DNA of 51,403 nucleotides, the filler included, from Dirinaria sp. TL-2023a (Eukaryota), in assembly GCA_051941275.1 (NCBI GenBank). It is 2 parts of 2 records of this genome, joined end to end, with 100 filler letters (N's around TTAATTAATTAA, not from the genome) between each part and the next. Parts side by side here need not be neighbours in the genome. Positions count along the whole stretch, not along the records: positions 1 to 25,688 come from JAVEBF010000171.1; 1 more part is not named here. One strand, written 5' to 3'. The notes under the pieces are model-generated. The model was not told the origin of the DNA, searched no databases, and saw only the letters and a list, made by a program, of their open reading frames with translations. A program made the translations under genes and the position numbers. Each line of letters opens with the position of its first letter. Positions within the stretch are counted from its first letter, which is position 1. Shown here piece by piece: positions 1 through 10,700 of the stretch.

Positions 1-3000
1 GAGAGGAAGCCGGCGTCGGTAAGTGATGAAAGGTATTGATTCCGGTTACTCGAGATATCGTTCAGGGTCTGCACAGACAGAAAGTGCTCGTCGCACCAGG
101 CTCTTGCGTCTCGATAGCTAGATCTTTCCTTGACTACTGCCCAGGCCTCGAAGGCTCGTAGGTCGCAGATCAGATCACCTTGGTCGGGACCGAATGCGGC
201 TTTGCTGGCTTTTGATTCTTCTCTCTTGTTCTGTGGTGACACGAAAGGGCTCTTCACTGTCAACACAGCAGCGATCGTGAGGCAGGCCTCTAAACATCCA
301 AATGTTGCACCGTAAACCATAAGTTTGCCGCACCTGAGGTCAGCAGGAATCATCGATAGATGATGACCCAACGCTGTCAGATGGCTGCCATCCAAAGCAC
401 CCATGCGATGCAAAAGTTCGATTGCACCTTCAACTGCCAGGTTCTCCGGCGGGGTCAGAGCACTTGCTAGAAATGCAGCGATATCCTCTACCCCCATCGC
501 GCGAATGGAAAGACACAGCTGCTCTAACGGTACTCTCCTGATTTCGGGTTCAGGTCTTTCGACCATCTTCGCTTCAGCGTTGCGCGTGTAAAGTCTATAG
601 CAGGCTCCGGCTCGGACTCGACCTGCACGGCCACGGCGTTGCTTGCAGGCTGCGCGCGATGCCCATACCTCTTCCAGCTTGACCATGTTGCTCTGAGGGT
701 CAAAGCTCGTTTCTTTGACTTTGCCGAGGTCGATGACTGCAACAATGTCCTCGATTGTAATGGAAGTCTCCGCCACATTAGTCGCTGCAACGACTTTACG
801 CTTCCCCCTAGGTGGAAGAGGGAACACCCGGCGCTGTTCAGCCGGTGTCAATGATGCATGGAGTGGTAGGGCATGCACATTAGGAATTCGCTTTACGGCT
901 TCAAGGGTTCGATCAATCTCTAAAGTACCGGGTAGGAAGATTAGTATGCCGCCATCTTGGGAGCCGAGATGTGCATCAATCGCTTGTACGGTGCTAGCGA
1001 TGAGCTCGTAATTAATCTTCTGACCAAGTCCCTGGATAGCACCCGCCACAGATGTTTCATCGTCGTCCCAATCTTCCTCCTTAGATGATTTATTATAGGT
1101 ATTGTTAGTGAAGCCGGTGAAGCGGATTACATCATCCAGATAGAAGTCTTCCACTGGGAACGTGCGGCCTTGTATCTCAATTTTTGCCACCTTCGATGGT
1201 CCGCCAAAGTAACTTTCAAATACGCCGGCTTCAAGAGTTGCGCTCATCAAGACAACTTTGAGGTCTTCACGCACCTTGAGAACATCCCTCAACATGGCTA
1301 ATAGGAAGTCCGTATCTAGACTTCGTTCGTGGACCTCATCCACCACAATGTGGCTAACATCTGCCACAGCGGCAACCGCATCCTTACTGCTTCCTCCAGA
1401 GACTTGGAGCCGGCGAAGGAGGACGCCGGTAGTTAGGAAAGTAATCCTAGTCAGACCAGCCTTCTGACGAGACTCCCCTCTAATGACATATCCTACTTCG
1501 TCGCCCACATTTGAGCATCGCTCCTCGCTGACTCGGTCTGTAAGCCCCAAAGCAGATATCCTTCGCGGTTGCGTGCACAATATGCTCGCTGCAGCGCCCA
1601 ACTTCCTCTGGATCATGTCATCTAGAATGAACTGCACGGATTGAGTGCTCTTGCCAGATCCTGTTTCGCCAGAAATTATGGTGACCTGATGATGATTCAC
1701 GGAGCTGACGATATCTTCTCGAAGGGACCAAGCCGGCAAAGCCTGGCGTCCTAGCATTAGCTTTTGCTGCCGCGGATTTGATTGCCGTTCATGCCACAGC
1801 TTGAGCAAGGCTAAGCTTTCTTCGTTGGCAAATTGCCGATTCAATTGATGGCGGACATGTATCTTCGCAGGCGTTTTTGGTTTTGGAATACTTGTTTGAG
1901 TCGCATCTGCTGCGGAAGAGGCTCCGACAGCGATGTCGCGCAGCTTATCTGGATTTTCTACAATATGGTTTATGCTAGTTTCCAGCCAGTCCATGATATT
2001 AAATATCATGGGTTGCCCTAACATGTCCCGGCAAGCAGCCTCTACTGCCTGTCGTATAATGCTGAGCCTGATATGGGCTGGTAATTTGAACGACACTACT
2101 GACACTATTGGCGGAGTGGCAGGATAGGACAGCGACCTTCTAAGGTGAAGTGTAAAAGGGTTCTTGGCCTCTGCTACTTCGAGATCTATGTGACACGAGG
2201 TCGAATTATCAGCAGTAAACCGATCTCCGTAGATTGCTTGAAGAGTAGCTTGTTCTTCGGCCCATACGGTCTCTAGCCCGCTACTTCCCTCTTGATGGTG
2301 AAGCTTGAGTCCGTGAACCTCGGCGACATCCTGTAGTCCAGCGTGCGATGTTTGCTTTATTAAATTCCATTGCAAGACTTCTGCTGTTAGCGCTTCGTTT
2401 CCTTCATAGCGATCCAGAACTAGTCCACATAAGTCAATTGAGTAACCGGCTGCAGCCAATCGTTGAACTGCAGCCTCTCGCTTCAGGTTAGCGCTGGCCA
2501 TGGCCACGCCAGGAGCATAATTCTCTGGGAGACTCCATCGTGGGAGGTCATCTTCGGGCACGTGTATCAGAAGCCATTCCAAGGTTTCATCCCGGTCTTT
2601 GCATTCTTCTACCGCCTCCTCTAAATGACTTCGTCGGAATCCCAGTTTTGTGAGGTCGGCTACCACATGATCCTTTTCAGGCTGCGATAAGCGAACATTG
2701 TGAGGATTCCAAACTGCTCTCCTACGAATAAGATTTTCGACCTTAGCACGTGTCTGGCTGCCCATCTCCACTTTTGGTACCCTTGTCCAACCTCTTGTGA
2801 CATTGATCGAAGTAGTACTGTCCTTAGCATTATTCAATACGACACTGATCGGCTGTTGAGCTTCCTTAGCCTTCTGCTTTTCTCGATCTTCTCGGCGCTT
2901 TTCCATCAATGTACGTGCTTCGTCACGCTCCACTTTCGCAGCGAAAGGGTCTGCCTCGTACATCCATGCTCTTCCTTCTTTGACATCATCTGCCTTCCAT

Positions 3001-3609
3001 TCTTGGAACTGGGTTTTCCAGAGATCCTTGTACTGTGGCGGCAGCATCATGTGGATGTTGCGCATACTGCATACTCGGAAGAGTGTGTAAGTCGCTGCGA
3101 AGTGGCGAGCCTCGACAGCAGTCGGACAGCATGCAAGGTCTCTGGCCGTGTCAGGTGGCCTAAAAGGATGCAGACTTATGGTTTCCCTGGTCTTTGGATT
3201 CGTAGCTTTCAATATGACCCCGGAAGAGAAACCCTGGGATGTCTTGGTCTGGAACGGGGACATTAGCTATCAGCGCAAAGGGCTCGGCAACAGTTCCGGA
3301 TACCATTGTGTACTCTGGTTTGGCCCATTTTTGCTTCTGACAGTGCTCTGACAGCAGGTTGACTGGCAACTTTCCTGTCCATGATGCTCCACCAATCAAT
3401 TGCCTTGTTTCTGGTTTCTTCGCAGTGCTCTGATTGCTGTGTGCTTCGCCTTCCTTCAGCCTTTGTGCAGGCGGGTTATCCGCTTGCTTTCCCTTCTGCT
3501 TCTGCTTCGTGGGTGCAGCGTTCCCAAAGATGATGTAGCTGCCATCGTCGTTTGAGCTAGAGGGAGCAGCGTTCTTCTTACTGGCTGCTCCAGCACCCTT
3601 CTTCGGCAT
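1..3609 (-). CDS. DEAH-box RNA helicase, DHX57/Ucp12/YLR419W-like (3' end runs off the window)
   Basis: ATG at 3609 and a 55-nt intron at 3249-3303 (GTATCC..GCTAAT..CAG). The minus-strand frame then reads EARHFAATYTLFRVCSMRNIHMMLPPQYKDLW, motif I GETGSGKSTQ (~1641-1670), motif II VDEVHER (~1324-1344), motif III MSAT (~1237-1248) and motif VI QRRGRAGR (~620-645). The N-terminal GGASWTGKLPVNLLSEHCQKQKW is typical of fungal Ucp12-like helicases. Confidence 0.92.
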
Positions 3610-4058
3610 TCTTCTAATCCAAGACTCTCAATAAAAGCAAATTTATCTAGAGAATCCATATGGATGCGTTCAGAAGCGACTCAAGACCATGTGATTCCTC
3701 TCATTCCCAGGTGCAGTATTTGCGCTCCGGCACGAGTGATATCGACTTCCACAAGGTATCTTAAAGTTCTCCGTACATTGCAATCTTATGTAAGCTCGTA
3801 ACCTTACAAGGCTTACTGTAGCTCGCTAATCGAATCGGTGATCGTGCTGTGCACGGGCACTTACGAGCTAGCTCAGGACAGTAAAGTGACTGCTTACATC
3901 ATCGCTCTTCGAGATATTGGCTTGGCATCACAGCCTCACTACCAGGATACTTTGCTCTCCCTCCCGCCCCCCTTCCCTAGAGATGGATTCCATTCACAGC
4001 CTCGCCATCCCTCTGCCCAAGGCAAACCTCCCCAGAAATCCGAATCGACGTCGTCAAT

Positions 4059-4798
4059 ATGTCTCACGATCGTCGCTATCAGCAACAACAGCAGGAAGAT
4101 GAGTATTACAACTCGCGCTCCTCGTCCCGCCGCCCAGATGGTTATTATCCCGAGCAGCAAGGCAACCCTTACGCCTACTATGGCGAGCAGCAACAGCAAT
4201 CAGATTATGGATATGGCTATCAGAATGGACATGGACGTGACCAGCAGGTAGTGCGTGGCAGCGACAGGGACCGATATTACAGAAGCGAGGATGAAGACGA
4301 CGTGAGTCCTCAGCCTTACACAATACATGGTCTTCCAAAGCATCGTTGCCCAAAAGCGCGCAAGAGTGAAGCCAGCTTTGGTTGAACTTTTTGGATGAAG
4401 CATCTTTTCCCGGTTGTGTCAAGGACCGCGGCCTGACCGAATCATAGTACTCTGACCATTCCCGCCACCGCCGTCGCTCCCACTCCAAACGAGACAAAAG
4501 CCGCGATCGCAGCCACGATAAGGCGGAGCATCCCGTCAAGGCTCGCGTGAAAGAGCACTTCGGCGCCAGCGATGCCAACTACGTTGCCTCGGTCTTAGGC
4601 ATGGTAGCAGGCGGATTCTTGGGTGGAGAAGCCGTCAAAGGCGAACGAAGCCCTCTGGGAGTCATTGGAGGGGCGGTGCTAGGAGGACTCAGTGCGAATG
4701 CGATTGAGAAGAAAAGAGAGAAAATTAAGGAAAGGAAAGAGGAAGAGGAGAAAGAAGAGGGACACCGAAGGCGAAAGCGAGAAGAGAGGTCCAGATAA
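4059..4798 (+). CDS. Glycine-zipper 2TM domain protein with Q/Y/G-rich N-terminus (~197 aa, 2 exons)
   Basis: Exon 4059-4301, intron 4302-4447 (GTGAGT..CTGAC..TAG) and exon 4448-4798 join in frame. The C-terminal part has GxxxG zippers (LGMVAGGFLGG..LGVIGGAVLGGLSANAIE) followed by a charged tail. Confidence 0.75.
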
Positions 4799-6154
4799 GT
4801 CCTAACGATCAGAGCATGAGATCGAGGGCGTGGACTAGGTAGGGCTCTTCAAAACACGTTCTCGGCTGACGCCGACGGCTGGAGTTACGGTTGTTACTCT
4901 TGTACAACGACGAATGAAATGGGAGAAGGTGGACGAGATGAATTATGTGAGTGGCCTGAATAATTGGATATGTTAAGTTGGAGAGTTCAATTATCTGTGG
5001 AAGCCACAGTGAGACCCTTTTTTCCACCGCCGTGAAAGTTCTTGGCTTTCCTTTTACGTATATTGTTATAAATTGACCTGCAGGCTTGGGTCATAGCAGT
5101 GTTTCCGTCTGTTCAGCGTTTTCAAGCAATTCCAACACCAAGCCCTTTGTCTTGGCCTCTAGGGTCTTCGGCTTTCGACTGTCTACAGCTTTTCAGCTTG
5201 TGGCATAGGAAAGACCGACGTTGAACCCAAACGTTGGAAAGCGCGTGCTGGCTATAACGCGACATCGGAGCACGAAAATAGGCTGCGCATGAGAAGCCCA
5301 ACCGATTCATGAGCCCGCCGGTTTCTGTAGTGCGGCTCACAAGGGACTGCCGAAGTGTTCCTCGAAGCAGATTCCGTTTGGGGCGCTTGCTGCGCTTATA
5401 CGGGGAGACACGTTTTATCCTTGAGGGATGTGGCAGTAAGTCTAGAAAGGCAATGAGGCACGCTACAGTAGTCCCTCGTGAGTCGTGTCCTTCCGATGGT
5501 TGCTACGACCTCGGAAGGCCAAATGTTTGAACGGGGCCCCCACAACAGTGGCGACCCGCGCAACCCGTGGGGTCAAGCTAAAACCTACCTAATTCCTGCT
5601 GCCATTATTTGTGACATGGCTCTTTATAGTCAACACTGATAGCAGAAATCTAACAAGGTGGGTCGTGTTCAAGTTCATTCCGTTGCGCTATGCTGTCTTG
5701 CGAATCATTTTAGAGCGACAACAGTGTTTGGCGACTAAACATCTTCTGCTCATTTTAATTAATCCTCCCTTTAAGCGGCCTTCGGAGTTTATCAGAGAAA
5801 AAGTGGGCGTTTCTTGCTTATGCGAGCGCATGTTCATAATGCGACATCTTAGTCCTTCTCGAAACCTTTTACATGGCCTGCCTTTCCTCTAGCATGGTTC
5901 GGACTGTTTCAATCATCGCCTCGTGCTGTCATTCTCAGCAGCCTTGTTACAGAGATGAAGGTATAAGAATGGAGCACGGCACTGCGCTATCCGCTGCTTG
6001 CAGCGGTAACTAGAGTTGAGAATCGAGTCAATTAAACATTTTCTCGAGTGAAGAGAAGGAGTTGTGAAAAGCTCGTTTGGTCAGAGATAGGTAAGCTATT
6101 TCCAGAGACCCCTGTGTTTTTTGTCTTGTGAGCTAATGTTGAGTCAGATCCAAC

Positions 6155-6592
6155 ATGCATCACTCCCTCATACTCCTTACCAGCATTATCGCCCTCACCA
6201 CCGCCAGCACCATTCCCAAACGAGGCTATGGCCTCGACTACGTGCCCGCTCCAGGCCCTATCCCTTATCCGTCGAACGCAATGTGGCCTGCTCCACAGAG
6301 CGTCACCAATCAAAAGGAGTACGGTCTCGCCAACGACCAGCAGCAACCATTGATCGACTGCCTCAACGCATACGGCTCGAACCAGTTCTACGACAGCTGG
6401 GACGGCAACGTGTGCGGAGGGTTTGGATGGTTCAAGGGCGCTGCGAATGGCGATATCAGTACATATGACTGCTACCAGACCTGCGCGACCTATCTACGCT
6501 ACGATGGCATCGAAGCGGGACAAAAATCGTACCAGTGCGATTTTCAACGGGGCATGCATGGGCACTGTTGGATGGGATATCATCCCATGTGA
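6155..6592 (+). CDS. Small secreted cysteine-rich protein (145 aa, 6 Cys), effector-like
   Basis: Hydrophobic signal-peptide-like N-terminus (MHHSLILLTSIIALTTA), KR Kex2-type site (STIPKR/GYG) and 6 Cys in the C-terminal half. A canonical 5'-UTR intron at 6091-6147 (GTAAGC..GCTAAT..CAG) ends 7 nt before the ATG, and a TATA-like TATAAG lies at ~5962. Confidence 0.78.
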   Translation: MHHSLILLTSIIALTTASTIPKRGYGLDYVPAPGPIPYPSNAMWPAPQSVTNQKEYGLANDQQQPLIDCLNAYGSNQFYDSWDGNVCGGFGWFKGAANGDISTYDCYQTCATYLRYDGIEAGQKSYQCDFQRGMHGHCWMGYHPM

Positions 6593-6712
6593 ATAGATCT
6601 GGGGAGATGGTTGACTCTGCTGAGCTGTATATAAGTCCTGCCATAGATCTGTGCATTGGGAACCAAACGTATGGACGATGGTCAGATAGTAATTGTTTTC
6701 TTGGAGCGGTAA

Positions 6713-6881
6713 TACTCGTATTCACCTACTTTGTTGCGTCACCTACTTTGTTGCGAGGGTTAGGGTTATCCCACCAAAAACCCCAAACCCTAAGTAAGGT
6801 AGGGTTGGAAGAATTTTGGTGGGTTTAACCCTAACCCTCGCAACAAAGTAGGTGACGCAACAAAGTAGGTGAATACGAGTA
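6713..6881. mobile_element. MITE-like non-autonomous element with 54-bp perfect TIRs, TA target-site duplication and telomeric repeats
   Basis: 6713-6768 is the exact reverse complement of 6826-6881 (56 bp including the flanking TA at 6713-6714 and 6880-6881). Each arm has two tandem copies of TCACCTACTTTGTTGCG plus GGGTTAGGGTTA. Pairing continues inward (CCCACCAAAA/TTTTGGTGGG and AACCCTA/TAGGGTT). No coding capacity. Confidence 0.8.
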
Positions 6882-7229
6882 AGTCCAGGAAAAGGGAGCG
6901 TCCAGATGATGATATCAATGCTACAGCTACACCTAACAAATACACCAACTTTCAGGCCTAGAGTCACGGTTGAATTGATCAAAGACCGGGCACTGGGGGC
7001 GGTTTTCAGGTCTCGTATGTTGTTTCTTGCAAATTTTTGAACAACCTGCACATTTCAGCCGATAAACAAACACAACGCGGCTATGAAATATATCAGTGCG
7101 CGGTCGGAGAATTGCGAGCAAACAGCAGACAAGATGCGCCGTTCTTAGCGCGATGTAGCTGTCATTGAGGAGGACATAGAAACATCTACAGTATCAGCTT
7201 CAGCACCTTACTTCTTACCTACTTTAATG

Positions 7230-7330
7230 TACCTTAAGGTAAGGTAAGGTAGGGGCTCGACGTACAACCCTAGATGGACCCTCGAGCCACATCTTGGCAC
7301 ATCCTTACAGTACTCTACTTACTTTACCTT
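7230..7330. repeat. TA-NNN-TA chain cluster (TACCTTAAGGTAAGGTAAGGTA; TACAGTACTCTACTTACTTTACCTT) upstream of the Fmp27 gene
   Basis: Read directly at 7230-7251 and ~7306-7330, about 400-480 bp upstream of the ATG at 7711. The same units recur in other intergenic regions. Confidence 0.7.
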
Positions 7331-7710
7331 GCCGCCTTACAGGTGTGCATACTTGTATCGGGCCGACAAGTCTCCGCTGCGGTGGGAATGAGGGAAATCG
7401 TCATTCCGCCTTTTTCACCACTAAAGATACCGGCGGAAGCTCTACCTAATTATTGCGATCTTCCAAAGTAACCACCAACTTACCAAGCCTGAAAGGACCC
7501 TCGCCATGCCACGCATCTACCCCTACTTCCCTCCCCTATCTTTACACTCGCATTTCCAGCGGTAGTCTTATTCAGCCTCCCTGACGACTATGACATACCC
7601 GTAGCTTGGCCTGATCGCGCGCTCCCCTCCACCGCCCGATGCCAGCGTCGATAATGCCGGCTTCGTGGTCGTTGCGCTTACTGCGTCAGCTTCATGCTCC
7701 CTAACCGGCG

Positions 7711-10700
7711 ATGAATCTCCTCAACCCGACCACCTTGTTGGGCGTGGTCCTTCTTTTCTACCTTGCCTCCTTTATCGCGTTCGCCGTGCTCCGAATAGCT
7801 ACCGGCATCTCCATCCAGCGAATCGGCTACTTCTCCCTACGGCGCATTGCCTACACACCTCGCGATGGCATTCGCATCGATATTCGAGGACTTGGTCTGG
7901 CATTACATCGTCCAACCTTTGCGCAACCAACATGGATCAGTCTACGGTTCACAGAGCTCAAGGTCACTGTTGATGTCCAAGCCTTCGCCACAGGCAAGAA
8001 GAGAAAAGGCGCGCGAAACCCTACGCCTGCAGGAACTACGCCTTCGCGGGAGAACGCTTCGCCGCTGGAACCGCCCACACAATTGGATCCGTGGGATGAG
8101 GCTGGCTATTCGAGAAGTCGGAGGTGGAAGAGGCTGACAGAACTGAAGGAGCAAATAAAGAAGCTGCACGAAAAAATTCATTGGATCCGAATGGTTGATG
8201 TCTTTGCCTCGAACACCAGTCTTGTGGTTGTAAATGTTGGAAAACTCGAGGTCGGCCTCTTCACGATGGCTGTCGACACACGGCGCAAGACCGTGGATCG
8301 AGGGCAACTGTTCCAGCACAAACGCGCTCCCGAGACAGGTCGAAGGCCCGCCGAGTGGAGAATAGCTGTCAGGGGCGTGCATTTCACACCTTTGGACAAG
8401 TTGGACAAGGAGTCGCGTGAAGTCATCGATACCGCTGGTCTGAATATCTATGGACTACTCTATCGAGACCGGGCAGGCTTGCGTGACGCGTCCGTGTCTT
8501 TGAAATTGGGACGTGTGCGCATTCCGTATGACGATTTCTTGAGGTGCTATCAACAGATTCAGCATACCCGGAGCACTCACGGCCGTGGTACTCACTGGAA
8601 AGCGAATAGCGAGGTGTCTGTGGCGGACGTCATTGAAGAATTAGATAAGCCGGGCAGCAGAGAAGCTAACATTGTGCGAACAGTCTCTGACTCAAAAGAG
8701 TTTATCAGCTCTATCTTGCGCGGCATCGAGGAAATACAGATCGCAGTCAACTCCGTTGGATTATCGAAAGATATCCGCTCTCTTCGACGGTCTGGATCGC
8801 CGCTCTACATGACTTTCTCCATGAACGAGCTGGGCATTGATATGCATCGCCTAAACCCGAAAAGTCCAGCGCACCGCATGTACTTCTCCACCAGGGACAT
8901 CGCTCACCAGGCACTAGTGGCCGCTATCTCGATAGCGCTCAGCCTGGATGATGGTAAGAGTGATCCGGAGAGAGTTCTCTACGTTCCTATGGCAACAACC
9001 ACAATTAAGACGACACTGCCGTCAAGGACCGTGACCAATGCCGAAGACGAAAATGCAGCCGAGAGGAATGCCAATATGCTGTTCGCGAATTTAGTTGTAA
9101 CATCACCGTCGGTGGATGGAGACCCAAGGCATGTGCCACTTTTACTTGCGCTGCTTCAGAGTCGGAGGGAATCCGCCACCCAACCGCAGCCGGCCGTCCA
9201 TCATCGTCATCATCTTATCCGTAGACTCTTGCCCAAGGCGAGTATCAAATTTTCTATCCAGGAGCCGGTCGTTAGGATAGCGCTGCCACCAGCAGATCCG
9301 AAGCTCACGGGTAGTGACGAGTACGATCTGTTGATCTCCTCTATCTCTTCCGTCTCGCTGGATCTGGAGTCATCCCACTCGTCCGCTGGCGAACTTCACT
9401 ATGCACTGAATTCGAGCCTGCGGATGAATCATCATCGGTTGTACTATCAGACAGCGGCTGCAGAAAGGCACAACCTCCTGAAAGCAGATGCGGTTGAGCT
9501 TAACGTTCGTTTGAGTGCTTCCCCAGAAGTCTGCGTCAGTGCGACAGGTGACCTACGTACTTTTTCGATACACCTGGTCCGCCCTGAGATTGCCGCTGGG
9601 CTGCGCCTAGTTGTGCACGAGTTCTATCGACAGACAGAGACCAGCACCGAGACACCAGCACCGAGACAGAACGATGGCTTGAATATGCTCCGATCATTAC
9701 CACCGTGGCTCGCTCATTTTCAGCTTCAAGGCTCTGATTTTGGGGTTGAGATTGCTGGGTTGGACTCCGATATCTCTGGAGACACTCGAGGGATAGCGTT
9801 TCAACTGGAGTCTTGGACAGCAGAGTACAAAGCCGTCAAGGCCTCTGAGCCGTCAAGGCCTCCGTCTCGGCGACATAGAATGAGTTATTCCGAAGGCACC
9901 GAAGAATCTGCTCTGAAAATCGACCCCTCCATAGTTTCGCAATACATGACATCAAGCACGACCGATGGCAGACGACTAGCGATCCACGTGAGGCGTTTGG
10001 AGGGGTTTGTCGTCGAAGGTATTGACGTGACTGAGCCTGAACCGTTCGTTTCGCTACCGAGATTCGAAATCGCATTGTCAACTTCCAGTGATGATCGAGG
10101 CCGATTTTTCCATCTGAATTCGCACGCAAAGTCATTTCAGGTGCAATACTCCCTTTATCGCTACTACGCAATTGGAGTAGCGTACACCGTGCTTCGAGAC
10201 GCCTTTGCTGGCATGATCGCTTACAGACAGCGGCTTCAGAATGAACGGACTTTATCCAGAGACAATGGTGTGCCAATGGCCAAAGCAGCCCAAGAAATGA
10301 CCACAATCGACGTCAAAATTGAGCTGCTTCAGGTTAAGGCGAAGCTGCCCTCTGACCCGCCCATGTTGCTCCAGATCCATGCGATCGAAGCTGGCCGCCA
10401 CAGGTGGGCTGTACCGTTTCTAAAATCTCGCTATGCACGACTCTGTGTCGAGGCTCCCCATGTTCCTTCCACTTGGGCCAGGATAGTTAGCATCAAAAAC
10501 TGCCGCATCGACCTGCGAGAAATCCGTAGAAAGCAAGGCAGGGCTTTCGTCAACGAGAAATCCATAGACCTGTCCTCGGAGTTCGTACGACTTGCAGTGC
10601 CTCACCAACTGGTCTTACACAAGGTGTTCGACAATTTTGCAAATGTGATCAAGGCTACAGAGCAGCTACATTATCAATTCAAAACTGGTAAATCCAATTG

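Noticed and set aside
130..3351. Plus-strand ORFs, including the 188-aa ORF at 2700-3266
   Set aside because: They are antisense shadows of the minus-strand helicase frame and show no independent motifs.
6755..6840. TTAGGG/CCCTAA repeats as a chromosome end or telomere fusion
   Set aside because: There are only about two units per arm, embedded symmetrically in longer TIRs with TA flanks and normal genes on both sides. A MITE explains this better.
6722..6872. 17-bp direct repeats as a CRISPR-like array
   Set aside because: The repeats are adjacent with no spacers, the context is eukaryotic, and there are no cas genes.
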